DNA of 64,000 nucleotides, taken from the NCBI GenBank assembly GCA_034722055.1, contig JAYENL010000130.1:18021-82020 (forward strand), given 5' to 3'. This stretch comes from Armatimonadota bacterium (GTDB lineage Bacteria; Armatimonadota; Zipacnadia; Zipacnadales; UBA5352). This document shows, piece by piece, positions 27,840 to 38,051 of this stretch; within the stretch, counting starts at the first letter, position 1, and each line of letters begins with the position of its first letter. Made by a program: the position numbers and the translations under genes. Under the pieces are notes generated by a model. It was not told the origin of the DNA, searched no databases, and saw nothing but the letters and a program-made list of their open reading frames with translations.

Positions 27840-28766
27840 TCAGTTCGTCGGCGCCTCGACCAGCGCGAGGCGCGTCGCGATCCACTCCACCACCCGCTGC
27901 AGCGTCTCCGGCGGCATGCCCACGTGGCCGCCCTCGTACCAGAGGACCTCCTTGGGCTGCCGCGCCGCCTCATGCAGCGCTTCAGCGGCCTGCGGGGGGA
28001 TGACGCGATCCTGCGTGCCGTTGACCATGAGCACAGGGCGAGGGCTGATATGGCCGACGAAGTGCACCGGGTCCATCTGTCCCAGCGACCTGTCGCGGGA
28101 CAGCCCCGCGTCGCGCAGGGCGGCCGCCGCGGGGTGCTCGGAGGACTCCAGGATGGTCGTCCACCCCCCGCCTCCCACCAGGAGCGCCGCGGCGTCGATG
28201 CGCTCATCTACGGCCGCCACGATGGAGCCGAGGATCGCGCCCATGCTGGCTCCCACCAGCACCAGGCGATCCGCGTCCAGATCGCCTCGTATATGAATGT
28301 AGTCGATCGCACGCCGGTTGTCAATCACGGTGCGGACCAGCGCCTGCGGGTCGGCAGCGAGCTGCCTGCCGATGCCCGGGCCCTCCACGGCCCGGTCGCC
28401 GTGCAGCGCCGCGTCGATCGCCACCACCGCCACCCCCTGCGGCGCCAACAGCATCGCCACCAGCCGGGCCTGTCCCTTATCGCCGCCCAGCCCGTGCAGG
28501 AACAGCACCACCGGCGGCTCCTGAACCTCCGTCGGCCGCATGACCACCGCCGGCACCCGCTCCCCACCTGCGCCGGCGAAGGTTAGCTCCTCGACCCGGA
28601 AGGCGCCCAGGTCGCGGACCTGTCCGGCCGAGATCTCCAGCGGCGCCTCGGCGTCATAATCATAGACGGCGCGCAGCGACTGCCAGTCGTCAGCAGTCTG
28701 CGCCGATGCCGTTGCGCCTGCAAGCAGGAGCAGTCCGACCAGAAAACAGGTCGCAGTTCGCCTCAT
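27840..28766 (-). CDS. secreted alpha/beta hydrolase
   Basis: Signal peptide, LHGLGG, GASMG nucleophile elbow, NGTQDRVI, YEGGH. Confidence 0.85.
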   Translation of the reverse strand: MRRTATCFLVGLLLLAGATASAQTADDWQSLRAVYDYDAEAPLEISAGQVRDLGAFRVEELTFAGAGGERVPAVVMRPTEVQEPPVVLFLHGLGGDKGQARLVAMLLAPQGVAVVAIDAALHGDRAVEGPGIGRQLAADPQALVRTVIDNRRAIDYIHIRGDLDADRLVLVGASMGAILGSIVAAVDERIDAAALLVGGGGWTTILESSEHPAAAALRDAGLSRDRSLGQMDPVHFVGHISPRPVLMVNGTQDRVIPPQAAEALHEAARQPKEVLWYEGGHVGMPPETLQRVVEWIATRLALVEAPTN

Positions 28767-28989
28767 GGCGCCTCGCCGGAGCCGTATGCATCCAATGTAA
28801 GCTCCGGCGCCGGTCGGGCGCCGGAGTCACATAGAGTCTACACGATACGCCCGCGCCAGTCAACCCGTCAATCGCTGATCGCCGGGCGCCGGGATGCCGA
28901 CTCCAGGTGTCTGCGCAACGACGGAGGCAGACGACCGGCGGGTCTAAAGACGCCGCCGCTCCCGACGACGGCGGGTGCCTTCGCCCGCC

Positions 28990-30084
28990 CTACTCCTCAT
29001 AGAACCACTCCACGCCAATGCGGGCGACGTGCAGGCCGTCGCGCTGGTGGTAGCTGAGGATCACCATGTCATCGACGAAGTCCACGCTCTGGTAGCCATA
29101 GTCGCCGTCGGGCTCGCCGAAGAGGACGCGCTCGTGCTCCCAGGTCTCGCCCTCGTCGGTGGAGATGGCGGAGACCAGTGGCGTCCGCGCGCGCTCGCCC
29201 TGCCCCAGCCCCCGGCAGCGGATCAGCAGCAGGTCGCCGGTGCTGGGGATGCGATCGACGGTGATGGCCGAGGCGCGCGGGGTCATGGGCACGTCCTCCA
29301 GGGCCTCCGGCTCCGACCAAGTCTGGCCGCGGTCGTCGGAGTAGGACCTGCCGCAGAAGCCGCTGTAGGTGCGGAACATCATCATCAGCCGGCCGTCGCG
29401 CAGCTCCACCACGTGCGGCTCCTGCACCTCGTAGTTGGCCTTGACGATGCTGGAGCTCATCCGCCACGCGTAGCCGTTGTTGTCGGAGTAGTAGGCGGTC
29501 GCCACGTAGTTCCGATGGCTGCCCTTCTCGGCGCCCGGCGAGAACTCGGCAGGGGCGATGATGCGCCCGTCCGACAGCAGCACCAGCTTGTCGTTGTGCA
29601 CCAGCATGCGCTCGGGGTGGGGGGTGACGATGAACTGGTCGCTCCAGGTCTCGCCGTCGTCATCGGAGCGCCGGTAGTAGGTGTGGCCGTAGCCGGGATC
29701 GACGCTCACGTCGTAGATGTAGGACATCAGCAGGTCGCCGTCCGGCAGCCTCAGGAAGCTGGGATGCGCGTAGCGGCCGTTCTCGGACGGCGGCCGGGGG
29801 TCGGGCAGCAGCGGATACTCCTCGCTCCACGTCTGGCCCCTGTCGTCGGAGGTCCGCGCCCAGATTCCTGTCTCCTTCCCGCCCGCGACGTAGCCGTAGC
29901 GGGTGTAGGCCAGCAGCAGGCGCCCGTCGGTCAGCTCGATGATATCTCCGGGCATCCCGCGGGGCCCATGCCAGGTCTCCGGCACGGGCACGATGAGCTG
30001 ATCCTCAAACAGCGCCTCAGCGCAGGCTGCCACTGGCAACAGCAGCAGCATCGCCCCGATGAACTCGGTGGTGCTCACGGTCAT
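28990..30084 (-). CDS. BNR/Asp-box (sialidase-like) protein
   Basis: Five Asp-boxes (SDDRGQTW, SDDDGETW, SDNNGYAW, SDDRGQTW, STDEGETW); signal peptide. Confidence 0.85.
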   Translation of the reverse strand: MTVSTTEFIGAMLLLLPVAACAEALFEDQLIVPVPETWHGPRGMPGDIIELTDGRLLLAYTRYGYVAGGKETGIWARTSDDRGQTWSEEYPLLPDPRPPSENGRYAHPSFLRLPDGDLLMSYIYDVSVDPGYGHTYYRRSDDDGETWSDQFIVTPHPERMLVHNDKLVLLSDGRIIAPAEFSPGAEKGSHRNYVATAYYSDNNGYAWRMSSSIVKANYEVQEPHVVELRDGRLMMMFRTYSGFCGRSYSDDRGQTWSEPEALEDVPMTPRASAITVDRIPSTGDLLLIRCRGLGQGERARTPLVSAISTDEGETWEHERVLFGEPDGDYGYQSVDFVDDMVILSYHQRDGLHVARIGVEWFYEE

Positions 30085-30255
30085 CGCCTCCCTCTGGAGT
30101 GCTCAACGCGCGCACGGCGGCTGGGAACGGCCGGCAACGACCGTGAGCCGTTCCCCTCGCTGTGCGGGCCTCCGTCCGATCCGCCGCTTGTCGCTGACGG
30201 CCAGCGTGTGCTAAGCTGCCAGCGACGGGTGCCATCTTCGCTCCCGAGGGATCGT

Positions 30256-31818
30256 TTGCCTGCCTACCGCAGAGAGATACTGGCCGACGAGGTCCACGTG
30301 CACGGGCCGCCCGCCGCCAGCGGGCGCGTGCGGGTGGCGCTGCTGTTCCCCTCCGACTACGCCGTGGGCACGGCCAACCTGGCGCTGCAGGGCCTCTATC
30401 GGCTGTTGAACGCGCGTGCCGACGTGCTGTGCGAGCGCGTCTTCTACCCGGGCATCCGCGAGCGAGGCCGCCAGCGCGATGGCACGCTGCGCTCCCTGGA
30501 GCACGCCACGGCTCTCGGCGGCTTTGACGTCGTCGCCATCACCTCGTCGTTCGAGCTGGACTGGCTCAACATCCCCCCGGCCATGCGAGAGGGCGGCGTG
30601 CCGCCGCTGGCCGAGGAGCGCGCGCCGCAGTCCCCGCTGGTCATCGCGGGCGGGCCGGCCGTTACCGCCAACCCCGAGCCCCTGGTGGGCCTGGCCGACG
30701 CTCTGTTCATCGGCGAGGTCGAGCCGGTGGCGAACGATCTCCTGGACGCCCTGGTGGAGACGGACCTCCGCTCCCGATCCGGACGGCAGGAGCTTCTGGA
30801 GCGGCTGGCGGCGCTTCCCGGCTTCTATGTTCCGGCGCTCCCGCCGGACGGGAGTATCGACCGGGTGCTTCTCGATGATCTGGATGCGGTGCCCACGACC
30901 ACGGAGGTCCTCACGCCCCGCTCCGAGTTCTCGCGCACCTTCCTCATCCAGACAGGCCGGGGGTGCCCCCGAAGCTGCAGGTTCTGCCTGGCGCGCCAGA
31001 TCTACCACCCCCTGCGGACGCGTAGCGAGCAGTGCATCCTCGACAGCGCCGGGGTGGGCCTGCAGTTCACCGACCGCATCGGCCTGGTGGGTGCGGCGGT
31101 GGCGGACCATCCGCGGATCGAGGAGATCGCCGGGGAGATCGTCGCCATGGGGGGCCGGATCTCGACGTCCTCTCTTCGCGCCGAGGGCGTGACCCCGGCG
31201 CTGATCGAGGCGCTCGCGGCCAGCGGCCAGCGCAGCATTGCCCTGGCGCCAGAGACCGCAGACGAGCGCCTCGCGGAGGTTCTCGGCAAGCGCGTTCCCT
31301 ATGAAGCGGTGCGGTATGCCGTGGCACTCGCCAGCGAGGCCGGCCTCACCGACGTGAAGCTCTACTTCATGCTGGGGGTCCCCGGCGAGACGGACGAGGC
31401 TGCGGATCGGATCGCGGACTACGTGCAGGCGCTGGAGAGCGACGTCGGCGGCATACATGTGAGCGTGGCGGCGGGCGCCCTGGTCCCTAAGCCGCACACC
31501 GAGCTCGCGCGCGCCGCCGTCCCACACCCCGACACGGTGGGCCGGCGGCTGAGGCGGCTGCGGGGCGAGCTTCGCGCGCGCACCGGCGCAGACCTCCGCA
31601 GCTCGTCGGCCCGCTGGAGCGGAGTGCAGACGGCGCTGAGCCGCGGCGGCCGGGAGCTGGCAGGGGTGATCCTGGCTGCGGGCGGAGGCGGGCCGGACGA
31701 GTTCGAGCGCGCGCTGCGCCAGGAGGGCCTGGCTCTGGAGGACTACCTTGCCGAGCAGACGGGCCCGGTGCCCTGGGAGGTTGTGGGGGAGTGCCAGAGG
31801 ATGGGGGTGGGCCCATGA
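30256..31818 (+). CDS. radical SAM protein (B12-binding-like N-terminal domain)
   Basis: FPSDYAVGTANL..ERVF..GGPAVTANPEP..RGCPRSCRFC..APETA..KLYFMLG; TTG start inferred from GAGGGA RBS. Confidence 0.85.
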   Translation: MPAYRREILADEVHVHGPPAASGRVRVALLFPSDYAVGTANLALQGLYRLLNARADVLCERVFYPGIRERGRQRDGTLRSLEHATALGGFDVVAITSSFELDWLNIPPAMREGGVPPLAEERAPQSPLVIAGGPAVTANPEPLVGLADALFIGEVEPVANDLLDALVETDLRSRSGRQELLERLAALPGFYVPALPPDGSIDRVLLDDLDAVPTTTEVLTPRSEFSRTFLIQTGRGCPRSCRFCLARQIYHPLRTRSEQCILDSAGVGLQFTDRIGLVGAAVADHPRIEEIAGEIVAMGGRISTSSLRAEGVTPALIEALAASGQRSIALAPETADERLAEVLGKRVPYEAVRYAVALASEAGLTDVKLYFMLGVPGETDEAADRIADYVQALESDVGGIHVSVAAGALVPKPHTELARAAVPHPDTVGRRLRRLRGELRARTGADLRSSSARWSGVQTALSRGGRELAGVILAAGGGGPDEFERALRQEGLALEDYLAEQTGPVPWEVVGECQRMGVGP

Positions 31819-32807
31819 TCGACGCCCCTCTCCCCTACTTCTACCGCCTGTCGCCGCCCACGGGCTACTACGAGCTGGCGGCCCTGGAGTTCGAGGCCCT
31901 GACCGGCGACCCGGCGCCCCAGGCCCAGCCCTGGGAGCAGCGCGAGCAGCCCACCGATGTCCCGCGCATCGCGTGGTCGCGCGTGGGAGCGGACATCCAG
32001 CGCGCGGCCTACCTCGCGCAGTGCTGTCGGCTGCTGGCGAGTGCCGACGGGCTCGAAGGATTGCTGTCGGCGGCGGAGAAGCTTCACCTGCGACGGGAGC
32101 GCTTCCGGGTGCGCGTGCGCAAGACAGGCGGCGTGCAGGCCCCCCGCTCCCAGCACATCGAGCGCATGATCGCCGACACCATCGATGGCTCGCCGGACCT
32201 GTCGCGGCCCGTTGTGCAGATCGTCATCATGGCGCGTCCGGAGCGCTGGCTGATGGGTGAGCTGGTCTCGCGCACGGACAGTGGCTGGCGAGGCCACGAG
32301 CAGCGGCCCTACCAGTACTCCAGCGCGCTGCCGCCGAGGCTGGCGCGGGCGCTGGTGAATCTGGTGGCGCGCCCGGGCGATCGCCTGATGGACCCGTGCT
32401 GCGGCGTGGGAACGGTCCTGGTGGAGGCCGCGCACATGGGCGTCGAGGCCTTCGGCTGGGACACCAACCGGCGAGTCGTGGAACACGCGGCGTCGAATCT
32501 CTGTCATCATGGCTTGGGGGCCTGGCTCGTGGTGGGCGACGGGCGCAGTGTCCGTGGCCGTTTCGACGGCGCGGTCCTGGACCTGCCCTACGGCCAGTCC
32601 ACCCCGCGGGTCGAGAGCGTTTGCCGCGGACTCGTTGAGCGCGCGCTCCAGGTCGCGCGGCATGTGGCCGTAGTCGCCATCGAGGACATGCGCGAGCTGC
32701 TCGGTGACATGGGGGCGGAGGTCCTGGGGTGCGCCGCTCTGACCAAGGGGAACCTGATCCGCCGGGTACACTGGGCCCGCGCACCGTCCGCTGGCAAGGA
32801 CGCCTGA
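31815..32807 (+). CDS. putative RNA methyltransferase (Trm11/UPF0020-like)
   Basis: YSSALPPRLARALVNL..LMDPCCGVGT..DLPYG. Confidence 0.8.
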   Translation: MIDAPLPYFYRLSPPTGYYELAALEFEALTGDPAPQAQPWEQREQPTDVPRIAWSRVGADIQRAAYLAQCCRLLASADGLEGLLSAAEKLHLRRERFRVRVRKTGGVQAPRSQHIERMIADTIDGSPDLSRPVVQIVIMARPERWLMGELVSRTDSGWRGHEQRPYQYSSALPPRLARALVNLVARPGDRLMDPCCGVGTVLVEAAHMGVEAFGWDTNRRVVEHAASNLCHHGLGAWLVVGDGRSVRGRFDGAVLDLPYGQSTPRVESVCRGLVERALQVARHVAVVAIEDMRELLGDMGAEVLGCAALTKGNLIRRVHWARAPSAGKDA

Positions 32808-32821
32808 AAGGGGAGGAAACC

Positions 32822-33697
32822 GTGGAGCTGTGGCAGCGTTTCACACAGCGGGCGCGGCGGTCGATCCTGACCGCCCACTCAGAGAGCAGCGAGATGCGGC
32901 AGGACGCTATCGGGACGGAGCACCTGCTGCTGGGGCTGCTGCGACTTGGCGCGGGCACGGCGCACGGGATCCTCCAGGACCTGGGCGTCGATACCAGCGC
33001 GCTGGAGGCGGACGTCCGAAGCACTGCGGAGCAGGGCTCCGGTGAGGGCGTCCCGGATCAAATCAGCTTCACGCTGACCGCTCAGCGGGTGCTCCAGACG
33101 GCCTATGCCACGGCCGGGGAGATGGCCGATCAGCACATCGGGACCGAGCACATACTGCTGGCGCTGGCGCAGGAGGGGGAGGGCATGACGCATGGGATTC
33201 TGCGCCAGCACAATGTGTCAGCCGACAGAGTCGGGCCCGCTCTCAGGAAGCTCAGAGACGAGGGCGAGCCGGTCGAACCTGCGGCTGCCCAGGGGTCCGA
33301 CCTTCAGCGACCACGGACGGGTATCGAGGCGCTGTCCAGCGACCGCATCCCGCCGGCCGTGGGGCCCTACTCCCAGGCCATCCGCGCCGGCGACCTTATC
33401 TTCTGCTCCGGTGTAATCGGGCTCTCGCCGGAGACGAAGAAGCTGGTGGAGGGTCCGTTCGAGGACGAGGTGCGGCAGGTCATGAGCAACCTCAAGGCCC
33501 TGCTGGAGGACTGCGGCAGCGGCCTCAACCGCGTGGTGAAGACGACCGTCTTCCTGGCGGACATCGAGCAGTTCCCGGCCTTCAACGAGATCTATGCCGA
33601 GTACTTCGACGAGGCGCCCCCGGCGCGGTCCACCGTGCAGGTGGCGGCGCTGCCCCTGGGCGCCCGACTGGAAGTGGAGGCGATAGCCATTGCTTAG
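32822..33697 (+). CDS. Clp N-terminal domain fused to RidA (YjgF/YER057c/UK114) domain
   Basis: WQRFTQRARRSI..IGTEHLLLGL..HIGTEHILLAL (two Clp repeats), then PPAVGPYSQAI..SGVIG..KTTVFL..NEIY..PARSTVQVAALPLGARLEVEAIA. Confidence 0.85.
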   Translation: MELWQRFTQRARRSILTAHSESSEMRQDAIGTEHLLLGLLRLGAGTAHGILQDLGVDTSALEADVRSTAEQGSGEGVPDQISFTLTAQRVLQTAYATAGEMADQHIGTEHILLALAQEGEGMTHGILRQHNVSADRVGPALRKLRDEGEPVEPAAAQGSDLQRPRTGIEALSSDRIPPAVGPYSQAIRAGDLIFCSGVIGLSPETKKLVEGPFEDEVRQVMSNLKALLEDCGSGLNRVVKTTVFLADIEQFPAFNEIYAEYFDEAPPARSTVQVAALPLGARLEVEAIAIA

Positions 33698-35966
33698 GCG
33701 AGGACACGCTGCGATACTGGCGGGACTGCTGGCCGCTACCGTGGCCGGCGTTCCCTCGTCCGCCCGGGCCCAGAACCTGCTGCGCAACGGCAGCTTCGAG
33801 GGCCCCGTGGCGGGCACCGTTCCCGAGAGCTGGTCGTTCCACGACTTCCAGGGTGATGAGCTGGCCAGCGGCGAGGTGGACCGCGGCGGGCGCGTCGGTC
33901 CGCACTGCCTCAAGCTGACATCCCCCGTCTTCCCCGTGGACTATGTCGCCTACTGCCGGCCGATAGATGTTGAGGACCTGGACAGCGACGAACTCATCTT
34001 CTCATGCTTCTTCCGCACAAAGGACCATCCGCAGGCGCAGGTCACCCTCGCAACCTACGGCGAGGACTTCACCGAGAGGGAGTTCGCCACTCCCGACCTC
34101 CTCACAGAGTCCCATCCCCTGGGCGAGACCAGGCGGTGGGTCCTCTACACCACGCACCTGCAGCTCCGGCCGGGCACCAAGCAGCTCGTGGTGATGCTGC
34201 GGGTGATGGGCGAGGGCACCGTCTACTGGGACGGCGCCTCGGTGCGAGAGGTCGGTGGGCAGGTGGAGGCGGAGCTGCAGGAGGCCGGCACGCTCGTGGA
34301 CCTGCCCGGGCGCCGCATCGTGCAGTGTAGGGTGCGCAACGCCACCGAACGCGAGCTGCCCCTGCGGCTGGAGCTGGAGGCCAGCGACGAAAAGCATCGG
34401 CCCCGGCGCCGAGCCACCCCGTGCACCCTGGTGCCGGGCCAGCGCGAGTCGCTTCAGGTCGTCTACCCATTCGATTTCCGCCAGCCCCACAGGCTGTTCG
34501 TGGCCGTGGTCGGCGACAGCCCTGACGAGGTGCACGAGGCCTGGCGGCTGCAGGTGCCCGGCCTGGTGGATGCCCGCATCGTGGAGCCCGCCTTCCGCTC
34601 CATGGTGCTCTCCACCGTCCCTACCGAGCAGATCGTCGTGCAGGGGGAGCTCAACGCCCTGGCGGAGATCGCCAGGCGGGCGGAGATCTCCGGCCACCTG
34701 GTGGGCACCGGGGCGCGTGCGGAGCAGCCGGAGCTGCTGTCGGATGAGGGGCTGACCGGCCCCTGGCTGGTGCGGCTGTCAACGGAGGGCATGCTCACCG
34801 AGGAGTACGAGGTCGCCGTCACCGCCCGCGTGGACAACCATGAGCACACCCTCAGCCTTCCGCTGCAGCGCGCGCCGCGCGCCGAGGCGGAGGTGGCCTA
34901 TGACGCCCGCCATCGGCTGTGGGTCAACGGCCAGCAGACCTTCCCGCTGGGCATCTACCGTGTCGTTGAGGAGACCGACCTGCCCAGGATCTCGGAGGCG
35001 GGCTTCAACTTCACCATCACCCCGTCGCGGTCGGTAAGCTGGCGCTACGCCAACGCCGCCCGCGATGAGGGGCTGCACGTCGCCATCGGCTCGCCGACCC
35101 TGCAGGGCCTGTTCTGGACGAACATCACGGAGACCTACTCCGGTCGCGAGGCGCTTCTGGGCTGGTACGGGCTGGAGCTTCCCGACGCCCAGGCCGCCAC
35201 CACTCAGGTCCTCGAGCAGGCCTACGTGCGCTCCACGGAGGGGCCGTATAAGGCCATCGCTCAGCTCGATCCTCACCATCCGGTGATCCTCGCCCTGCGG
35301 CCCAACGGCACCATGGACGAGTTCGCACGGGTCGCCGACATCGTGCTGGCCTGGAGCGAGCCGCTGCCGAAGTGGAGCATCACCATGGTCTCGGAGGCCG
35401 TGCGCCGCGCCCACGAGGCCGTGGACGGCCGCAAGCCCGTCTGGGCGGTCATCCAGTCCACAGGCCATCTCTGGACCACCGATCCCAGGCCGGGGCCGGA
35501 GGATCTGACCCGTCCGCCCACGCCCGCCGAGCATCGCGCCATGGTCTATCTGGCGCTGATGGAGGGCGCCGAGGGGCTGGCCTACTACGCTTACAGCCTG
35601 CCCTCGGTGGGCGAGCGGCCGTCCTACCGCATGGAGGCGGACGCGCCGGAGCTGTGGGAGTCCATCCAGGAGACCAACCGCCAGGTGCTGTCCCTGGAGC
35701 CGGTGCTGCTGGCGGCCGACCCCGCGCCCCTGGACCTCGGCGAGGGTCCCATCCGGGCGGCGCAGTGGGAACACGAGGGCAGCCGCTACGTGATAGCCGT
35801 CAATGCCGACGAGGCGGCCACCGCGGCGGTGCTGGACATCGGGGCCGAGCCGGGCGAGGAGATCGATGTCCTCTTCGAGCAGCGCACCACCATCGCGACC
35901 GACTCCGGGGCCGTCGGGGAGGCCTTCGAGCCCTACGGCGTGCACGTCTACATGCTGAGCGGATGA
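33690..35966 (+). CDS. large secreted protein with carbohydrate-binding-like and glycoside-hydrolase-like regions
   Basis: Signal peptide, NLLRNGSFE, VNGQQTFPLGIY, KPVWAVIQ, PTPAEHRAMVYLAL..GA.GL.YY. Confidence 0.6.
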   Translation: MLRRGHAAILAGLLAATVAGVPSSARAQNLLRNGSFEGPVAGTVPESWSFHDFQGDELASGEVDRGGRVGPHCLKLTSPVFPVDYVAYCRPIDVEDLDSDELIFSCFFRTKDHPQAQVTLATYGEDFTEREFATPDLLTESHPLGETRRWVLYTTHLQLRPGTKQLVVMLRVMGEGTVYWDGASVREVGGQVEAELQEAGTLVDLPGRRIVQCRVRNATERELPLRLELEASDEKHRPRRRATPCTLVPGQRESLQVVYPFDFRQPHRLFVAVVGDSPDEVHEAWRLQVPGLVDARIVEPAFRSMVLSTVPTEQIVVQGELNALAEIARRAEISGHLVGTGARAEQPELLSDEGLTGPWLVRLSTEGMLTEEYEVAVTARVDNHEHTLSLPLQRAPRAEAEVAYDARHRLWVNGQQTFPLGIYRVVEETDLPRISEAGFNFTITPSRSVSWRYANAARDEGLHVAIGSPTLQGLFWTNITETYSGREALLGWYGLELPDAQAATTQVLEQAYVRSTEGPYKAIAQLDPHHPVILALRPNGTMDEFARVADIVLAWSEPLPKWSITMVSEAVRRAHEAVDGRKPVWAVIQSTGHLWTTDPRPGPEDLTRPPTPAEHRAMVYLALMEGAEGLAYYAYSLPSVGERPSYRMEADAPELWESIQETNRQVLSLEPVLLAADPAPLDLGEGPIRAAQWEHEGSRYVIAVNADEAATAAVLDIGAEPGEEIDVLFEQRTTIATDSGAVGEAFEPYGVHVYMLSG

Positions 35967-36002
35967 CGCAAGCGCGCGCCGCTATCGACGGGAGGCGATC
36001 CG

Positions 36003-37559
36003 GTGGCGGGGCCTGAGATGACCAACATCGTGCAGTACTGGCGCGCCACCGTGGCACGCTTCCCTCACAAGCCGGCCGCGGTCTTCGAGGGACGGGAGTT
36101 CTCCTACCGGGAGGCCGATCGTCTCTCGGCCAGCCTTGCGATGGCCCTGCGGGATCGGTTCGAGGTCGATGAGGGCCACACCGTCGCCATCGCCATGCCC
36201 AACTGCATCGAGTTCCTGCTGGCATACTGGGCGGTGATTCGCGCCGGGGCGGTGGTGGCCGCTGTCAACTGCCGGCTGGGCGAGGAGGAGATGGCGCACG
36301 TCCTGACCGACACCAAGGCCAGGGTGCTCATCACCCACGGTCGCGTGCAGCGGCAGGTTGAGGCGGGGCTGCGCGAGGCCGACAGCGTCGAGCGCATCAT
36401 CGTCGCCCATCCGCAGCAGGAGCGCAGCGCCCGCTTCGCCGAGCTGTGCGACAGTAGCGCCTCAGGCACCGCAGGCGGTCTGCAGGCCTTCGAGGACGCC
36501 AACCCCCGCACCGACGCCCTGGCCGTCATCGCCTACACCTCCGGGACCACAGGCAAGCCCAAGGGCGCCATGATGCGCCACTGCGACCTGCTTTTCAATG
36601 TCAAGAACTGCCTGGTGGCCCACAGCTTCCGCCACGAGGACGTGCACATGCTGGCTCTGCCCATGTTCCACTGCACGGCGCTGTACAGCCTGCTGCCGTC
36701 CTCGGCCTACCTGGGCAGCACGCTGGCCATCGCGCCGCGGCCCGATCGCGGGGAGCTGCTGGACCTCATCGAAGGCGCCCGCGTGACCACCTTCCTGGGC
36801 CCGCCCACGCTCTTCGCCATGCTCGCCCAGGGCGAGGAGCTGGCCCACCGCGACACAGCCTCCCTGCGGCTGATCGCCTACGCCGGCTCCCCCATGCACC
36901 CCGACACCATCCGCAGGCTCCGGGAGCTTGTGCCCCACGTGGACCTGCGCAACTTCTTCGGCCTCACCGAGACCACGTCCGTCACCCATGTGCTGCCCAG
37001 CGCCGAGGCCCTCAGTCACGCCGAGTCGGTGGGAAAGCCGCTGCCCGAGGTCCGCGCCATCGTCGCGAATGAGGAGGGCGAGGAGCTGCCCACCGGCGAG
37101 ACCGGAGAGCTGTGTATCCACCGCGACAACGTCATCTCCGGCTACTGGAATCAGCCCAACCGCCTGGAGGAGGACATCCGCGGAAGCTGGTTCCGCACCG
37201 GCGACCTGGCGCACATAGACGAGGACGGCTATCTCTACGTGCACGGCCGCGAGAAGGACGTCATCATCGTGGGCGGCGAGAATGTGGTGGCCGGCGAGGT
37301 GGAGGAGGTCATCGCTGAGCTGGAGGGCCTGCGCGAGGTGGCCGTGGTGGGCGTCGAGGCGACCGGCATTCGCTCCTACCTGGGGGAGCTGGTGAAGGCC
37401 GTGGTTGTGGTGGAGCCGGACGCGGAGATCGAGGAGAGAGAGATCAAGCGCCATTGCATGCAGCGGCTGGCCAGCTACCAGGTGCCGCAGACGATCGAGT
37501 TTCGCGACGAGTTGCCCCGCAATCCGGCCGGGAAGGTCCTCAAGCGAGAGCTGAAGTAA
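36003..37559 (+). CDS. acyl-CoA synthetase / AMP-binding enzyme
   Basis: YTSGTTGKPKG, FGLTET, FRTGDL, GREKDVI, LPRNPAGKVLK. Confidence 0.92.
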   Translation: MAGPEMTNIVQYWRATVARFPHKPAAVFEGREFSYREADRLSASLAMALRDRFEVDEGHTVAIAMPNCIEFLLAYWAVIRAGAVVAAVNCRLGEEEMAHVLTDTKARVLITHGRVQRQVEAGLREADSVERIIVAHPQQERSARFAELCDSSASGTAGGLQAFEDANPRTDALAVIAYTSGTTGKPKGAMMRHCDLLFNVKNCLVAHSFRHEDVHMLALPMFHCTALYSLLPSSAYLGSTLAIAPRPDRGELLDLIEGARVTTFLGPPTLFAMLAQGEELAHRDTASLRLIAYAGSPMHPDTIRRLRELVPHVDLRNFFGLTETTSVTHVLPSAEALSHAESVGKPLPEVRAIVANEEGEELPTGETGELCIHRDNVISGYWNQPNRLEEDIRGSWFRTGDLAHIDEDGYLYVHGREKDVIIVGGENVVAGEVEEVIAELEGLREVAVVGVEATGIRSYLGELVKAVVVVEPDAEIEEREIKRHCMQRLASYQVPQTIEFRDELPRNPAGKVLKRELK

Positions 37560-37577
37560 CGCGCCCCGGCGCTGCCA

Positions 37578-37826
37578 TTAATCCCCGCCACCGGCCGCAT
37601 CGCCGAGCCCTGCAGCGCCCGCGCCCCCCTCGCCGGTCAGCCGTCCCAGCCCCTCCGTGCCGGCAGTGACACTGTCCTGCGCCACCCTCGCCAAAGCCTG
37701 ATAGGCAATCACAGCCGAAAGCGCCATGACCGCCAGCATGAGAGCGTACTCTACCGTCGTGGCCGCCTCCTCGTCACGCCACAGCCGGGAGACCCCTTCG
37801 ACGATGCACCGACCGACGCGTCCCAC
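37578..37826 (-). CDS. Flp/Fap family type IVb pilin
   Basis: LWRDEEAATTVEYALMLAVMAL Flp motif next to a Tad-domain gene; start uncertain. Confidence 0.7.
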   Translation of the reverse strand: MGRVGRCIVEGVSRLWRDEEAATTVEYALMLAVMALSAVIAYQALARVAQDSVTAGTEGLGRLTGEGGAGAAGLGDAAGGGD

Positions 37827-38051
37827 CCTCTCCTGCCTGTCCCCACCCATACCCTTACCCGCACGCCCCTCCAGCAGCGTCAGCACGGACGCCGAGAGCT
37901 CGATGGTGTAGTCGGGCGACCCGCTGATCCCAAAGCGGAGCATCTATCCGACCATCGGCGGATGGCAATTGCTGAGGGCGACGCTCCACTTGTCGCCCTC
38001 CTGCGCGCTCTTCTCACAATGTACTTGGGATGACATCCGTCACGATCCAGC

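Noticed and set aside
28790..28965. Hairpins CTCCGGCGCC/GGCGCCGGAG and CGGCGGGTCTAAAGACGCCGCCG as a ncRNA
   Set aside because: Single occurrences in the window; most simply a terminator-like stem and a degenerate REP.
28975..30255. N-terminal ~427 aa of the 947-aa ORF as part of the radical SAM protein
   Set aside because: Antisense to the BNR-repeat gene; radical SAM similarity begins only near 30256.
37880..38045. c-di-GMP riboswitch upstream of the Flp pilin
   Set aside because: No recognisable GEMM-type core; only a simple hairpin (GAGGGCGAC/GTCGCCCTC) that may terminate the TadG-like gene.
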